Part shown: positions 40,401-48,262 of the stretch, piece by piece
Numbering within the stretch: the stretch's first letter is position 1
Layout: each line of letters begins with the position of its first letter
Source of the DNA: Candidatus Woesearchaeota archaeon
GTDB taxonomy: Archaea > Nanobdellota > Nanobdellia > Woesearchaeales > ARS49
Length of the DNA stretch: 60,302 nucleotides
Assembly: GCA_016203305.1 (NCBI GenBank)
Contig: JACQMY010000027.1
Location: 1 to 60,302 of the forward strand
Direction of reading: 5' to 3'
Position numbers and translations under genes: made by a program
Notes under the pieces: model-generated
Seen by the model: only the letters and a program-made list of their open reading frames with translations
Database searches by the model: none
Told to the model about the DNA's origin: nothing

Positions 40401-42632
40401 CCTGGTGTTATTTCTGAGAGGTTCTTTCCTGATCAGGAATTGTTTGTGGCTGCTTTGAAGGTTCAGTTGGACAAGCCTGGGTTTTGTAAGTTTTCGCGTT
40501 CTGTGAGCACGTTTGAGGCTATGGAGGGGGTTTTCCCTGGGTTTGATCTTGCTCCTAAGGTTACTTTGTCTGCTGAGGTGAATGTTTCTTCGCAGAGTTC
40601 CTTTACTTATTATGTTGCGTGTAAGGGTAAAAACCAATTAGTTTCTGAGCCTGTTCAGATCAAGTTTGGTGTTGACTTGTCCCGGCCGCTTTCTGTTTCT
40701 AGCAGCACTCCTTTTGGGTCTAGGACTACTAACTTTACTGTTGGCGTTTTTGCTAATAAGCGGGTGTTTTGTTATGTTGGTGAGCGGGAGAATGATGCTA
40801 CGAAATGTATGGGTGCGTGCAGGAGTGCGTATTCTCAGGCGCAGGAGCAGGAAGTTTCTGGTGAGGGGAATTATACTTATTTCGTGCAGTGTGCTCATGC
40901 TTCTGGTGAGAAGTCTGATGTGTTGCGTATTCCTGTTTTGGTTGATACTTCTGTTCCTGAGATGGAGTACGTGACTGATGATAGTGCTTTGGAGGATGTG
41001 GAGGTTTCTTGGAGTTTGCGTAAGTTGCGTGTTGCGTTCAAGGGCAATGATGCTGAGAGTGGCATTGATCATTATCTTGTTTCTTTGCGTAATTTGCAGT
41101 CTAAGCGGCTTGTGTTCAAGGATATGGTGGTGAACGTTACTCATGGTCAGCCGTTTTACGTGTCAACTAATGAGAACGGCACTCCTTTGAGGTTGGCTAA
41201 TGGTGATCATTACCAATTCATAGTTAAGGCTGTAAACAGGGTTGGTCAGGAAAGTGCTGCTTTGGAGAGTGATGGTGTTGCTATTGATTCTTCGCAGCAG
41301 CCTGATGATTGTGCGAATGGTGACTTGGATGGTGAGGAGTCTGATGTTGATTGTGGTGGTGCGTGTAATCCGTGCGAGTCTGGCTTGCGTTGTGCTTTGG
41401 ATAGGGATTGTGTGACTAATTATTGTAATGCTCGTGTTTGTGAGCTTGCGAAGTGTACTGATGGTGCTATGAATGGTTTGGAGTCTGATGTTGATTGTGG
41501 TGGTAAGTTTTGTCCGAAGTGTGGTGAGGAGAAATCGTGTATTGTGGAGAGTGATTGTGATACTGATTATTGTGATCCTGTGAGGAAGTTGTGTGCTGTT
41601 GCTCCTCCTTGTGCTGACAAGGCCGCTTCTCCCGGTGAGACTGATGTTGATTGTGGTGGTCCTTGTACTCCTTGTGTTGAGGGTAAGGGTTGTCTGGAGC
41701 ATACTGATTGCGCCTCTGGTTTGAGTTGTGATCCTGAGACTAAGGCTTGTTCGACTAAGAAGGTTGGCGATGATGATGCGGATGGTGTTTTGGACGATAA
41801 GGATAAGTGTCCAGGCACGCCTGTTGAGGAGTCTGCTGATGAGTCTGGTTGTGGTTTGAGTCAACTGTTTAGTGTTGGTGATGATATTAATGATAAGTGG
41901 CGTATGGACTTTTTCGGCTGTATTGATTGTCCTGAGGCTGCTGCTGATGGTGACTTTGATGGTGATGGCTTGGTGAACTTGCGCGAGTTTGAGCTTTCTT
42001 CTAATCCGAAGTTGAGGGATAGTGATGGTGATGGCTGGCGTGATGGTCTTGAGGTGGAAAAAGGGACTAATGTTTTGGATCCTTCAAGTCATCCGCCTAG
42101 TGCTTTCAAGGCTTTGTTGTGGTTGTTGCTTGGTGTTTTGGTGTTTGGTAGTGTTGCGTATGGTGGTTTCTTGTTGTCTAAGATGAGGCGTGAGGTTGAG
42201 CGTGTTGAGGAGCGTGTTGAGAGGCGTGAGGAAGCTCGGCGTGTGGAGACTTTGCGTGTTGATGAGCTTGAGCATTTGCGTTCTTTTGCTCATAAGGTTG
42301 AGCTTCCTGAGAAGGACTGGGTTTCTTTGGAGCGCGAGATTAAGAAAAAGCCTTTGCCTAAGAAGCGCTTTAGGGAGGAGTTGGAGCGTTTGCGTCGTAT
42401 TGCTCGTCGTGAGACTGTCGGAACTCCTTTGGAGCGTTTGCGTTCTGTTCTTGGTGACTTGTCTGAGCGTGAGCGTAGGGAGTTGGAGCGTAAGTTGGAG
42501 ATGTTTAAGCGTGGCGAGCTTCCGAGGGAGGAGGCTGATGTGTTGTTTAAGAAGTTGCAGGTTACGGCTGAGTATTATAAGACGCATCGTGAGGAGTTTG
42601 AGCGGGAGTTGAGGCGTTATGGCAAACGATAG
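37482..42632 (+). CDS. giant (1716 aa) membrane-anchored surface protein with Cys-rich modules and Ca-binding-type repeats
   Basis: Signal peptide (LILITLVLVFVLAMPVLAQE; alternative start at ATG 37566). CGDGICQANENALSCSADC module. Three tandem E(S/T)DVDCGG.C..C modules. DxDxDG thrombospondin-type-3-like repeats. TM helix LLWLLLGVLVFGSVAYGGFLL. Arg/Glu coiled-coil cytoplasmic tail. Confidence 0.85.
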   Translation: MRIANLINFGRNFVRFAILAERTIFSPLMRSDRSSLILITLVLVFVLAMPVLAQERGCCCDPVVKNGSIQTREDCDRQKFIFAGFPGFKTCSDHCNATLGKIAVGFCGDGICQANENALSCSADCAPLQAGCGSPTFRPAPRDLTVVPVRGEKAFALSFSIPCPVDFLSISRCKGLGCGDFSKIADIAPATSFNDEDESLLFATDYTYSVVAHYRQVGDSEPGVASGNLGDLECWKQLESSFCISPFFYERFRSYLLSNGYAQYDAADFASQFDRFVELAFGGRFNRAWRCNGNVLVGPQVSCEGDQVCRADERGANCMSREDCGGGDPFGLYSAVSGCEGVLPRYCFFDKSATVQDKCYDCDPRMSCYDYKSSGACQRDNCGVGECEWRSTFSDVGAGVCIDKKKSNCAFCDKRGTDGVGNIDAFSALWDSCREEKSSALSTNLFPCFFDKELRISKSCDEASCSDYTRLQCGSPGAITLNPDNSLATFSTDPCGIRVCQFDAVSGCAKKADGRSSFRDCKFGNKSCERDYFAPVTTLIPFGVGGRIDGLNVRIFDKVSKLVAPRDFAGQTGYKTFLCVKSASNDCRDAAAFPILTTATQLLLKNRFLKDVKDGKARTLAQLEVGNNTIAFYSRDPASNLEVVKESVVVACDACQGPTLVNASVSGGRFLGGEFFTSATIPTFTLEFDEPTLITYAELRSELGNVPLAQVSQGVVTSHQFVASQALRGNYSFGVNGKNVQGVFVNNTGLSYLVVVDPSLADVRISPPDGSILNKTSIDIVLEFSRPVTLSRIQIVLESFSDPFVKRQISRDITDLFKVDNNNRTFTASVTNLTGGGMHTIVVDALGFNGLPIFKQSSVFIATLKPNLRLSQPAFGVTPYVSFDAVVESPLPSVCAYVFNTPTAPSSQDFDFFKKFSGEMYLHSASGLQIGDPAQEVFLLHAYCRLNLFGLVNRTFPISFDPEPPFIVKSWAEPGVISERFFPDQELFVAALKVQLDKPGFCKFSRSVSTFEAMEGVFPGFDLAPKVTLSAEVNVSSQSSFTYYVACKGKNQLVSEPVQIKFGVDLSRPLSVSSSTPFGSRTTNFTVGVFANKRVFCYVGERENDATKCMGACRSAYSQAQEQEVSGEGNYTYFVQCAHASGEKSDVLRIPVLVDTSVPEMEYVTDDSALEDVEVSWSLRKLRVAFKGNDAESGIDHYLVSLRNLQSKRLVFKDMVVNVTHGQPFYVSTNENGTPLRLANGDHYQFIVKAVNRVGQESAALESDGVAIDSSQQPDDCANGDLDGEESDVDCGGACNPCESGLRCALDRDCVTNYCNARVCELAKCTDGAMNGLESDVDCGGKFCPKCGEEKSCIVESDCDTDYCDPVRKLCAVAPPCADKAASPGETDVDCGGPCTPCVEGKGCLEHTDCASGLSCDPETKACSTKKVGDDDADGVLDDKDKCPGTPVEESADESGCGLSQLFSVGDDINDKWRMDFFGCIDCPEAAADGDFDGDGLVNLREFELSSNPKLRDSDGDGWRDGLEVEKGTNVLDPSSHPPSAFKALLWLLLGVLVFGSVAYGGFLLSKMRREVERVEERVERREEARRVETLRVDELEHLRSFAHKVELPEKDWVSLEREIKKKPLPKKRFREELERLRRIARRETVGTPLERLRSVLGDLSERERRELERKLEMFKRGELPREEADVLFKKLQVTAEYYKTHREEFERELRRYGKR

Positions 42633-43128
42633 GGCTCAGATGATTCAGCAGGTGTTTGTGTTTATTCTTGCAGGTCTTGTTTTTATTTTGATCATTAGTT
42701 ATGGCTATAAGGCTATTAGTTATTTTATGGAGCGTCAGGAGCAGGTTGTTTTGGTTGATTTTCGTACGGATTTGGAGATTGCTGTTGAGGGTGTGAAGCG
42801 TGATTTTCAGAGTGTGCGTAAGGTTCAGTTGAAGCTTCCGAGTGAGTATGATGGTGTTTGTTTTTTTGATTACTCGACTTGTGATGGTGTTGTCAGGCCT
42901 GTTCTTGAGCTTCCTGGCAGGTCTGTTGAGGTTTCCTGGGCTGCTGAGGCGTGCAAGGGCGGCAGTCAGAATGTGTTTATTGTTCCGCGTGTTTCTGAGT
43001 CGATAGACTTGCCTGATGTGGAGGTTGTCGGTGGTTTTGTTTGTGTTCCAAATGTTAATGGTGTGACTGTTCGTATGGAGGGCACTGGCAGAAAAGCGAA
43101 GGTTTCTGCGTGGGAGCAAGATGAATAG
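42619..43128 (+). CDS. pilin-like protein (class III signal peptide)
   Basis: MANDRAQ|MIQQVFVFILAGLVFILIISYG. Overlaps the 3' end of the giant gene by 14 nt. Confidence 0.65.
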   Translation: MANDRAQMIQQVFVFILAGLVFILIISYGYKAISYFMERQEQVVLVDFRTDLEIAVEGVKRDFQSVRKVQLKLPSEYDGVCFFDYSTCDGVVRPVLELPGRSVEVSWAAEACKGGSQNVFIVPRVSESIDLPDVEVVGGFVCVPNVNGVTVRMEGTGRKAKVSAWEQDE

Positions 43129-44188
43129 TAGGGGTTTTGAGGAGCAGTTTCATTGGATCTTTGTCATGATAGCTGGTGGCGTGATTTTGGGTTTTTTCTT
43201 TATGGTTGCGCAAAAGCAGCGTTCTTTGAGTCAGGAGCACTTGCAAGTTACCCTCGCTACTGATGTTGAGGATATTTTTGTTGGCGCTCTTGTTAGCAAG
43301 GGTGCTGCTCAGCTTTTGCCTTTGCCTTCTGATGGTATTGGTTTTGAATGTAATAGGGGGTGTGCGTGTTTTTTTAGTATTTCTAGGGCGCGTAAGGATT
43401 TTGGTGAGAAGTCCATGTTTGCTCCGTCTATTTTGGAGGGCGAGGATGCGTTGTTGTGGACTGTTGATTGGAAGCAGCCGTATCGGGTTTCGAATTTTAT
43501 TTTTGCTACTAATCCTGATTATAGGTATGTTTTCGTGTTTGATGATAGTGATGGTGAGAGTAGGAGGTTGTTGGAGGTTGTTACTAAGAGTTTGCCTCCG
43601 CCTTTGAGAAGGCAGGGTGTTGTTGTTGCTTCTGTTGTGTATGTGAATGTTTCTCTTGATGATCTTTCTTCTCTGGATGCTGAGGAGTTCGTGCATAACA
43701 GGTTTGTTTTTTTGAACATTCCTCTTGAGCGTGTGCGTTCTGTTCAGTTGGCTCGTTCTTTGCGCAGGGTTTCTTCTGGTGTTAGTGTTGATAAGACTGC
43801 TATTGGTTTTTACTCTTATGATGGGAGCTTTAACCAGGTTGACTATGTTGCGTATAGTGGGTTGCCTAGTGTGTTTGCCGCCATTTTTTCTGCTGATAAT
43901 GTTATGTTCAAGTGTAGTATGGAGACTGCGTTTGAGCGGTTGGCTGTTGTTTCTGCTGTTTACGAGCGTCGTTCTGCTACGTTGGATGAGGCGCTTGCCG
44001 AGTCTAAACCTTGGTGTTCTTATGGTTCTATTGGTCAGGCGTTGGGTGAGCAGCGGAAAGTGGCTGAGAGTGTTGCTGCTGATTTGAAGAAGGCGAAGGA
44101 TCAGATTGCTTCTTTGTCTAGGATTTCTAGTGGTTTGGAGAAGTTGAATGGGGAGCTTGTTCAGGCTAGTTGTCCGGAGTTGTTCTGA
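43121..44188 (+). CDS. pilin-like protein (class III signal peptide)
   Basis: MNSRG|FEEQFHWIFVMIAGGVILGFFFMV. 8-nt overlap with the upstream gene. Confidence 0.68.
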   Translation: MNSRGFEEQFHWIFVMIAGGVILGFFFMVAQKQRSLSQEHLQVTLATDVEDIFVGALVSKGAAQLLPLPSDGIGFECNRGCACFFSISRARKDFGEKSMFAPSILEGEDALLWTVDWKQPYRVSNFIFATNPDYRYVFVFDDSDGESRRLLEVVTKSLPPPLRRQGVVVASVVYVNVSLDDLSSLDAEEFVHNRFVFLNIPLERVRSVQLARSLRRVSSGVSVDKTAIGFYSYDGSFNQVDYVAYSGLPSVFAAIFSADNVMFKCSMETAFERLAVVSAVYERRSATLDEALAESKPWCSYGSIGQALGEQRKVAESVAADLKKAKDQIASLSRISSGLEKLNGELVQASCPELF

Positions 44189-44766
44189 TGGCGCGGCTTC
44201 TTCGTCCTACTTCCTACAACCTAACGCCTTCGTCCTTCGTCCTTCATCCTACGCCCTACTACCTTCGTCCTACAAACTACAAACTACGAACTGCAAAGGG
44301 CCAGGTTAAGATGTTCGAGACCGTGGGAGTGTTGGTCGTGTTTTTCTTTTTGCTTATTTCCGGTTCTGTGTTTTATTTTGGTGCGCAGAAGTCTTCTTTG
44401 CAGAAGGAGAAGGTTAAGGCTTCTGAGCAGCAGGCGTTGCAGGTTGTTTTGAAGGCTTTGTACTTGCCTGAGCTTGATTGTTCTTTTTTGAAGGCTCAGC
44501 GTGAGAATTGTATTGATAAGTTGAAATTGCGGCATGTTGCTGCTTTGATGCGTAATGAGTCTGTGTTTTCTAATTATTATCCTGAGTTTGGCTACGCGAC
44601 TATTCGCGTGCAGGAGTTGTATCCTGCTGGCGAGTCTGTTGATGTTTATGTTCGTAAGGCTGAGGAGTATTCTTCTATTTTGGTTACTCAGAGTCCGATT
44701 TTGTTGTACGATCCTGTGAGGGAGACTTATGGTTTTGGTGTTATTGAGGTGGCTGCTTATGTCTAG
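44188..44766 (+). CDS. pilin-like protein whose predicted leader is encoded by a heptad array
   Basis: TGATG coupling at 44186-44190. The leader MARLLRPTSYNLTPSSFVLHPTPYYLRPTNYKLRTAKGQ precedes VKMFETVGVLVVFFFLLISG. The only alternative start, ATG 44311, would remove the KGQ motif. Confidence 0.55.
   Translation: MARLLRPTSYNLTPSSFVLHPTPYYLRPTNYKLRTAKGQVKMFETVGVLVVFFFLLISGSVFYFGAQKSSLQKEKVKASEQQALQVVLKALYLPELDCSFLKAQRENCIDKLKLRHVAALMRNESVFSNYYPEFGYATIRVQELYPAGESVDVYVRKAEEYSSILVTQSPILLYDPVRETYGFGVIEVAAYV
44197..44292 (+). repeat. heptad array (inside the 5' end of ORF 44188..44766)
   Basis: cttcttcgtcctacttcctacaacctaacgccttcgtccttcgtccttcatcctacgccctactaccttcgtcctacaaactacaaactac. Confidence 0.85.
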
Positions 44767-45310
44767 TCGACAAACTACGGACTACGCACTACAAACTACT
44801 AACTACAAACCACAAACTAGGGGCCAGATGGAGATTTTCGGTCTGGTCGTTATTGTTATTCTTGTCGCTCTTGGTTTGTTGTTCGCTGTTGTAGTGTTGA
44901 CTAAAAAGCCTGCTCAGCAGTCTCAGAGGGTTAAGGAGAGCATTCAGGCTGCTAATTTTTTGAATACTTTGTTGGGCACTACTGTTGAGAATTGTAACAG
45001 GCGTACGATGAGGGAGTTAGTGCAGGATTGTGCTTTGGCGTCTGTTGGCAGTGGTGAGTGGCTTGGTGATTCTTTGTGCGAAGATGGTGTTTCGACTTGT
45101 AAAAAGCTTAATTCAACTACTGCTTTGTTGTTGGACGCTACTTTGGGTGAGTGGGGTAAGAGGTATAATTTTTTCATGGCCGGTTCTGATGCTATTGAGC
45201 TTGTTCAGATTAGGAATGGTGATTGTAAGGGTGAGCGTGAGGGCAGCACTCGTCCTGAGATTGTGCGTCCTGGTTTTTCTATTAATGTTACGTTGCACAT
45301 TTGCAGATGA
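44759..45310 (+). CDS. pilin-like protein with heptad-array-encoded leader
   Basis: MSSRQTTDYALQTTNYKPQTRGQ|MEIFGLVVIVILVALGLLFAVVVL. ATG 44759 overlaps the upstream stop. The alternative start ATG 44828 lacks the RGQ motif. Confidence 0.55.
   Translation: MSSRQTTDYALQTTNYKPQTRGQMEIFGLVVIVILVALGLLFAVVVLTKKPAQQSQRVKESIQAANFLNTLLGTTVENCNRRTMRELVQDCALASVGSGEWLGDSLCEDGVSTCKKLNSTTALLLDATLGEWGKRYNFFMAGSDAIELVQIRNGDCKGEREGSTRPEIVRPGFSINVTLHICR
44770..44819 (+). repeat. heptad array (ACTACNN class)
   Basis: acaaactacggactacgcactacaaactactaactacaaaccacaaacta. Confidence 0.8.
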
Positions 45311-45326
45311 TCGAGGGCAAAGGCAG

Positions 45327-45425
45327 CAGGTGTAAGGGTGAAGAACGCACTATTCTTCCTTCACCCTTCGTCCTAACACCTACGTCCTTCCGCCTTCATC
45401 CTACAACCCTACACACTACAAACTA
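45327..45425 (+). repeat. heptad array with inverted arm (hairpin after the operon end)
   Basis: aagggtgaag ... cttcaccctt forms a 10-bp stem, followed by cgtcctaacacctacgtccttccgccttcatcctacaaccctacacactacaaacta. Confidence 0.85.
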
Positions 45426-46313
45426 GCTGTTTAGTGCCGCTGTTGATGCGCTGAAGTCTGCTATTTTGAGGACGATATGATGTAGGTGGCTGAGTGTTAT
45501 TGGGTCTTCGTTTTTTTCTAGTTCTCGCGTGATTTTGTTTTCCAGTGTTTTGAATTTTTGTGCTAGCGTGCTTAGGTTTTCTAGTTTGAAGTTGTAGTAG
45601 AGTTCGTAGTATTCTCTTAGTAGTTTGTTTGTTTCATTTAACAGCATTAGTGCTTGTGTGTTGGTTTTTTTCTTGTTTAGGTGTTGGCAGAGGTATTTGT
45701 AGTCGTCTGCTATTTTTTCTAAATTCCATATTATGACGTATAGGAAGCTGGTTTTTATCGTGTCTGGGTGTCCTTTTTTGTTTAGTGTTCTTTCGCAGAA
45801 GTTTGTTAGTTGGTTGTTGGTTTTCTCTAGAGTTAGGAGTGCTTGGAGTGGTTTGCTTTCTTTTGCGAGTTCGTGGGTTTGTTCTGCTAGTTGTAGTGTT
45901 ACTATGAATGCTCTTCTTAGGATTGTGTCGAACTGGTCGTCTAGGTCTTGGCTTACTGATCGGATGGTGCAGGTGTTTTTTGTTTTGTGCACGATTGCGA
46001 AGCCGATGAATAGGTCTTTTATGAGTTCTTCTACAATTGTATGTTGTTTGTCGTCTAGGGTTAGTTCTATTTGGTCGTATCCTTTTTTGTGTAAACTGCT
46101 TAGCGTCCAGCGTAGTGCTCTTTCGTCTAATTTTGTCGAATTGATCGAGCTGGTTTTTATTGTTCTTTGTTTGCCCGTTCCCACAACTAGTGTTGGTCCT
46201 TTTTCTGTTACTTCCAGTTCGTCTCCTTTGTTTATTCCGTATTGTTTTATCCAGTGGGTTGGTATGCTGAGTACGTATGTTTTGCCTGCTATTTGTATGA
46301 CTTTGCGTTTCAT
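45423..46313 (-). CDS. AbrB/SpoVT-domain plus PhoU-like regulator
   Basis: N-terminal KVIQIAGKTYVLSIPTHWIKQYGINKGDELEV (AbrB-type swapped hairpin), followed by two helical PhoU-like repeats. Confidence 0.7.
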   Translation of the reverse strand: MKRKVIQIAGKTYVLSIPTHWIKQYGINKGDELEVTEKGPTLVVGTGKQRTIKTSSINSTKLDERALRWTLSSLHKKGYDQIELTLDDKQHTIVEELIKDLFIGFAIVHKTKNTCTIRSVSQDLDDQFDTILRRAFIVTLQLAEQTHELAKESKPLQALLTLEKTNNQLTNFCERTLNKKGHPDTIKTSFLYVIIWNLEKIADDYKYLCQHLNKKKTNTQALMLLNETNKLLREYYELYYNFKLENLSTLAQKFKTLENKITRELEKNEDPITLSHLHHIVLKIADFSASTAALNS

Positions 46314-46362
46314 GCTTGTTTTGTCGTCAGTTTAATATATAAAACCAGTGGCGTGCGCTGTG

Positions 46363-48081
46363 ATGAGTGCTGAAAAGTCTGTTTCGGTTGGAGATTGTGC
46401 TTTTTATGGAACTTCTGCTCTTGTTTGCTACTATTTTTGGAAGAATGGTTTTGGTGAGAATCTTTCTTTTTTGGAGGCGTTGGGTAAGAATTTGTTGTTG
46501 ATAAGCCCAATTATTGCCGGCCTTGGGGCGAATGTTGCTGCGTGGGCTGCGAGAGCTTACACAAAAGATAATTTTTTTCGTGAGCGTACTCGTTTGTCTG
46601 ACTATGGTGTGCTTTCTGGTCTTGAGAAAGAGGTGTTGGAAGAGGTTCCTCCAATTATGAACTTGCAGGGTGAGCAACGCGTGGGCGGGAGTTTGGAGGA
46701 GTTTTTGGATGGGTCTGCAACAGGGCGTCATGGGGGGCGTGCGTTGTTTTTGAAGTATCGTAATCCGCTTTCGCTTATGCGTGCAGCGCGTGGTTTTGTC
46801 GCGAGGGGGGAGTATGATTCTGGTTTTGATTGTTTGAAGTCTGCTATCGAGTGGTCTGATGGCAAGCGTCCAAGTCCTGGATTGCTTTCCATGTTTGGTG
46901 CGCAGTGTTCCCGTTTGGTGAGGGGTGTTGCAAGGAATGTTGAAGTGCGTGATGTTCGTAACTATATTTTTGGTGCTGTTGAGGAGGCGTTGATTGATCC
47001 TGGGCGTGCTTGGCATTTGTCAGAGCTTGGTCGTCGTGTTGCTGATGAATTTAACAGTCCTTTGAAGCTTGAGATGTATATTTTCCATGCGTTGTTGGCA
47101 TCTGCTCAGCGTCGTTCTGACGAGCAGGCTGCTTGGAGGGATATTTATGGGCTTGTTAGGACGCATGGCAAGTTGGCTCCTGCTAGTGATCGCGAGTCTC
47201 GTAATGATGTTCGTATTTTGGATAGTTATTTTTTTGCCGATTCGTTTACTTTTCGTTTTTATCCGCGCAAGGACGAGCTGGTGCGTTTTTGTGATGAGCG
47301 TAATGTTCTTGCGGATGCTGTTCCTGAGGCGGATTGGCCGCTTCCTTATGCTATAGCGGAGGATCCTGGGCGTGGTTATGTTTTGTTGTTGAGGTTTATT
47401 CGTGGTGAGTTGTTGTATGATGCTTTGCGTCGTGGTGACAAATCTCGTATGGGTGGGGCTCTTTCTATTGTTGCTAAGATTCATGCGCGGTATCCTTTGG
47501 ATCGTGTTAAGCCTGTTGACTTGGATGGCAAGTTGAGGAAGAAGTTGTATGATCCTGTGTTTGGGATTCCTCGCGAGTTGGCTGACGCGCTTTTTGCTAG
47601 TCGCGAGCCGATTATTCGTGCTGTGCGCATGATGCCTGATGTTGGGAATACTGATCGTCATCTTGACCAGGTTGTTCTTGCTAGACGGATTGGCGCGCTT
47701 GATTGTGAGGTTGATGGTAGTGTTCCGTGTACTTTTGATGTTGCGAACATGTTGTTGTACCGTGATTTTTTCACAGAGCGTGAGCGTCGTGAATACGTCT
47801 TAGGGTATGCTGCTGATGCAGAAAAGGAAGGGTTGCATTTGGATAAAAGCAAGTTGTCTTGTGCTTTTCATAATTCTGGGATTTATCGTTTGGTTTGTCT
47901 TGCTGGTGCGTGGAGTGATCCTGGCAGGCCTTCTATGCATGGTGAGCGTAAGCCGGCTATTGTTCGTGCCATTCGTGAGTTGCGTGGTGTTCGTGATGAG
48001 TGTCCTGATTTTTATGCGCAATATGCTCGGCAGTATGAGCGTTGGGAGTCTGGTTTGGAGCGCATGGCAGCGCTGTTCTGA
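46363..48081 (+). CDS. protein-kinase-like (APH/HipA/PI3K-like catalytic loop) protein, unknown specificity
   Basis: GNTDRHLDQVVL, followed by IGALDCE, resembles a kinase-fold catalytic loop plus a DFG-like motif. TATA tttaatatata about 27 nt upstream of ATG 46363. Confidence 0.45.
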   Translation: MSAEKSVSVGDCAFYGTSALVCYYFWKNGFGENLSFLEALGKNLLLISPIIAGLGANVAAWAARAYTKDNFFRERTRLSDYGVLSGLEKEVLEEVPPIMNLQGEQRVGGSLEEFLDGSATGRHGGRALFLKYRNPLSLMRAARGFVARGEYDSGFDCLKSAIEWSDGKRPSPGLLSMFGAQCSRLVRGVARNVEVRDVRNYIFGAVEEALIDPGRAWHLSELGRRVADEFNSPLKLEMYIFHALLASAQRRSDEQAAWRDIYGLVRTHGKLAPASDRESRNDVRILDSYFFADSFTFRFYPRKDELVRFCDERNVLADAVPEADWPLPYAIAEDPGRGYVLLLRFIRGELLYDALRRGDKSRMGGALSIVAKIHARYPLDRVKPVDLDGKLRKKLYDPVFGIPRELADALFASREPIIRAVRMMPDVGNTDRHLDQVVLARRIGALDCEVDGSVPCTFDVANMLLYRDFFTERERREYVLGYAADAEKEGLHLDKSKLSCAFHNSGIYRLVCLAGAWSDPGRPSMHGERKPAIVRAIRELRGVRDECPDFYAQYARQYERWESGLERMAALF

Positions 48082-48084
48082 TTT

Positions 48085-48200
48085 TCTACACACTACTTAC
48101 TACAAACTATCTTCGTCCTTCTTCCTTCGCCCTTCCGCCTTCGTCCTTCATCCTAACGCCTAATACCCAATGCCTAATCCCTTCCACCTTATACCTTTCT
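48085..48200 (+). repeat. heptad array
   Basis: ctacacactacttactacaaactatcttcgtccttcttccttcgcccttccgccttcgtccttcatcctaacgcctaatacccaatgcctaatcccttccacc. Confidence 0.85.
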
Positions 48201-48262
48201 TATACTTCTTAAGAATCGAATTGATACGTGTTGTTTGCTTGTTTTTGTTTGAGGTGATCGTT

